DNA from: Bacillota bacterium | GTDB taxonomy: Bacteria > Bacillota > Clostridia > Clostridiales > Clostridiaceae | Assembly (NCBI GenBank): GCA_030706065.1 | Contig: JAUZPH010000001.1 | Span: 1 to 29,619, forward strand | Length of the DNA stretch: 29,619 bases | Reading direction: 5' to 3' | Part shown: positions 26,985-29,619 of the stretch, in pieces | How positions within the stretch are numbered: position 1 is the first letter of the stretch | Layout: every line of letters starts with the position of its first letter | The notes under the pieces: model-generated | What the model was told of the DNA's origin: nothing | Database searches by the model: none | The model's input: the letters and a program-made list of their open reading frames with translations, nothing else | Position numbers and translations under genes: made by a program

Positions 26985-27569
26985 ATGTGGAAAGAATCGA
27001 TGATAACAAAGTTTGTCAGGGAAAGGTTATCGGAAAAAAGATTTGCACATACCATTGGTGTGAGAAATACCGCTGTAAAGCTGGCGGAGATATATGGTGA
27101 AGACAGAGAGAGAGCCATGCTGGCTGGTCTCATACATGATTGTGCAAAAAATATGGGGGATGAAGAAATCTTAAGTCTTGTAAAGGAAAGCGGCTATGAA
27201 CCGGACTGGATTGAGGAAAATTCGCCTCAATTGCTGCACGGAAGGGCTGCTGCAGTGATTGCTCTTAGAGAAATGGGGCTGGAGGATGAAGCTGTTTTAA
27301 ATGCAGTAATCTATCATACCACCGGAAGGACAGATATGACAACACTGGAGAAGATAGTGTATGTAGCAGATTATATTGAGCCGTCCAGAAACTTTCCGGG
27401 GGTGGATGAACTCAGAAAAGCCGCCTTTACAAATATCGATGGCGCCATGCTTATGGCACTGGAGAACACTATAAGATATGTGCTTGAAAAGCACGAACTC
27501 CTCCATACGGATACTATAGATGCAAGGAATCATATGTTGATTGTTATGGGAGGAAAATCCTCTGGTTAA
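26985..27569 (+). CDS. yqeK: HD-domain Ap4A hydrolase YqeK
   Basis: KRFAHT, LIHDCAK, LLHG, YHTTG, ADYIEP motifs; follows nadD. Confidence 0.93.
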   Translation: MWKESMITKFVRERLSEKRFAHTIGVRNTAVKLAEIYGEDRERAMLAGLIHDCAKNMGDEEILSLVKESGYEPDWIEENSPQLLHGRAAAVIALREMGLEDEAVLNAVIYHTTGRTDMTTLEKIVYVADYIEPSRNFPGVDELRKAAFTNIDGAMLMALENTIRYVLEKHELLHTDTIDARNHMLIVMGGKSSG

Positions 27570-28488
27570 GGGAAAGCGGCATAACAACGTAATTTTCATT
27601 CTGTTATGCTTTCTGATTATTGCTGCCAGTGCAGCGGCTTATGGAGGAGCAGAAATATATAACTACCTTAACAAATTCAGCAGCGGAAGTGATGTGCTGA
27701 AGCCGGATAAGGTGAAGGACGACAATACTCCGGTAAACATTCTTCTGATGGGTGTTGATATCGGGGACGGAAGTAATACTTCATACAAAAACAAGAGAAC
27801 TGATACCCTTATGCTGATAAATTACAAATACAGCGAAAAGAAAGTAAATATCATCTCCATTCCGCGGGATACCCTGATTCAGGTTAACGGCAAAAATGAA
27901 AAGATTAATGCCGCCAACGTTTTGGGAGGGGTACCCTGGGTTGTTGATGCCGCCGAGAAACTATTGAACGTCAATGTGAATTACTATGGAATGATTAACT
28001 ATGAAGGCTTCAGAAGCCTCATCGATGCAATGGGCGGAGTGGATATAATGATTAAAAATAATATGAACTATGATGACGATGCACAAAACCTCCATATTCA
28101 CTTCAAGAAGGGAGAAACTGTTCATCTCGATGGTGAAAAGGCAGAGGAATTTTTCCGCTGGAGAAAGAATAATGATGGTACCGGCCTGGCCATGGGAGAC
28201 CTTGACAGGATAGAAAATGAGCACCTGCTGGTATCGAAGGTTTTCGAAAAGATAACGGATCCTTCCATTATACCGAAAATTCCGAAGATACTGGAGATAC
28301 TGCCAAAATACATACAAACGAACATGGACGGCGGTGATATCCTGAGATATGGAATGTCTTTAAAAAATGTACCGGCAGAGAATTTTACCATAAAGACTCT
28401 GAAGGGAGATCTCCAATATATAGACGGAGTATCTTATTTTATCTACGATATGTCAAAAAATAAGGACATAGCAGTCCTGCTTAAATAA
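27541..28488 (+). CDS. LCP (LytR-CpsA-Psr) family protein; start uncertain (27541 or 27562)
   Basis: TM helix, NILLMGVD, RTDT, SIPRDT, KINAA, FRWRK motifs. Confidence 0.9.
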   Translation: MLWEENPLVKGKRHNNVIFILLCFLIIAASAAAYGGAEIYNYLNKFSSGSDVLKPDKVKDDNTPVNILLMGVDIGDGSNTSYKNKRTDTLMLINYKYSEKKVNIISIPRDTLIQVNGKNEKINAANVLGGVPWVVDAAEKLLNVNVNYYGMINYEGFRSLIDAMGGVDIMIKNNMNYDDDAQNLHIHFKKGETVHLDGEKAEEFFRWRKNNDGTGLAMGDLDRIENEHLLVSKVFEKITDPSIIPKIPKILEILPKYIQTNMDGGDILRYGMSLKNVPAENFTIKTLKGDLQYIDGVSYFIYDMSKNKDIAVLLK

Positions 28489-28511
28489 TTCTGTATGAGG
28501 AGATGGGAGAT

Positions 28512-28892
28512 ATGAAAGAAATAGTTAAAACCGTAAGCGCGCCAGCTGCCATAGGGCCATATTCTCAGGGAATCAAATGCGGCAATCTGGTGTTTACCTC
28601 CGGACAGCTGCCGATAGATATGAAGAGCGGCAATCTTGTTATGGATGACATCAAAAAAGCCACCGCTGCTTCACTGGAAAATGTAAGGGCAATACTGGAG
28701 GCTTCAGGAGCAGATTTAAGCAAAGTCATCAAGGTGGTAATATTTCTAAAAAACATGGATGACTTTGCAGCAATGAATGAAGTATATGGAGAATATTTTA
28801 AGGAAGCACAGCCTGCCCGTTCCTGTGTTCAGGTAGCAAAGCTGCCCAAGGATGCTTTAATTGAAATCGAAGCAATTGCAGCATTGGATTAA
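28512..28892 (+). CDS. ridA: RidA-family reactive intermediate deaminase
   Basis: APAAIGPYSQG, TSGQLP, PARSCVQV, IEIEAIA motifs. Confidence 0.94.
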   Translation: MKEIVKTVSAPAAIGPYSQGIKCGNLVFTSGQLPIDMKSGNLVMDDIKKATAASLENVRAILEASGADLSKVIKVVIFLKNMDDFAAMNEVYGEYFKEAQPARSCVQVAKLPKDALIEIEAIAALD

Positions 28893-28896
28893 TTAA

Positions 28897-29619
28897 ATGG
28901 CGAGCATACTTGAATTTAAAATCACTGAGGAACAGGAAGGAAGAAAGCTGCGGGACTATCTGAAGGGAGGCTTGGAGCTTTCTACACGGTTAATAAGAGG
29001 GGCAGCCTGTGACGGCAGAATAACTATAAACAGTTCAATAGTCAAGCTGAATCATGTACTTAAGAGTGGCGAACTGCTCAAGATAGAAGTATCGAAGGAT
29101 GAGGAGCAGAACATTGAACCGGAAGAGATGGACCTGAATATTGTATTTGAAGATGAAGATATAATCGTACTGAACAAACCACCCTTTACGGTGGTACATC
29201 CCACCAAAAACCACCAGCATGGAACTCTTGCAAATGGAGTGCTGTTTCACTTCAGGAGCAGAGGGGAAAGTTGTATTGTAAGGCTGGTAAGCCGACTGGA
29301 CAGAGATACCTCGGGGCTTATCGTAATAGCAAAAAATCAATATGCCCACATGTTCCTGGCAGGAGAAATGGAGAAGAATACTTTTAAAAAAGGATATACT
29401 GCAGTGGTATGGGGAGACCCGAAGGGGGAGCAGGGAACGATTAACCTGCCGATTTACAGGCCCGGGCCGGAATCTATAAAAAGGGTTGTTGATGAAAGAG
29501 GACAGGAAAGCATTACTCACTTTGAGGTTAAGGAAAGGTTGAGGGAGGCCTGTGTAGTAAAATTGTTACTGGAGACCGGAAGGACTCACCAGATAAGGGT
29601 GCATATGAGCCACCTTGGC
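28897..29619 (+). CDS. RluA/RluD-family pseudouridine synthase, 3'-truncated by the window edge
   Basis: Absent from the ORF track because it has no stop. Manual translation from ATG 28897 gives an S4-like N-terminus, NKPPFTVVHP, SRLDRDTSG (catalytic Asp) and LETGRTHQIRVH. Confidence 0.93.
   Translation, partial: MASILEFKITEEQEGRKLRDYLKGGLELSTRLIRGAACDGRITINSSIVKLNHVLKSGELLKIEVSKDEEQNIEPEEMDLNIVFEDEDIIVLNKPPFTVVHPTKNHQHGTLANGVLFHFRSRGESCIVRLVSRLDRDTSGLIVIAKNQYAHMFLAGEMEKNTFKKGYTAVVWGDPKGEQGTINLPIYRPGPESIKRVVDERGQESITHFEVKERLREACVVKLLLETGRTHQIRVHMSHLG

Overview
Core-genome window from a Clostridium-like Firmicute, with all real genes on the + strand. In order: 3' end of tRNA-Leu(GAG), a probable 6S RNA, a GNAT gene, a c-di-AMP-riboswitch-controlled NlpC/P60 hydrolase, maf-radC-mreBCD, two tandem ~950-aa PBP2 (mrdA) paralogues, minCDE-rodA-mgsA, a spoIVFA/spoIVFB-like pair, radical-SAM pair-rng, rplU-prp-rpmA, obgE-yhbY-nadD-yqeK-LCP-ridA and a truncated RluA-family gene. 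The most unusual signal is non-coding. Seven intergenic copies or fragments of a ~100-bp nested-palindrome repeat family occur in both orientations. Most are flanked by a 2-bp duplication, usually TA. They fall into two subfamilies that share a 28-nt core hairpin with a near-invariant 9-nt loop, a conserved bulged A and co-varying stems. Two copies sit in tandem between the arms of what looks like the spoIVFB terminator. Whether this family has been described cannot be judged without a database search. All alignments were done by eye.
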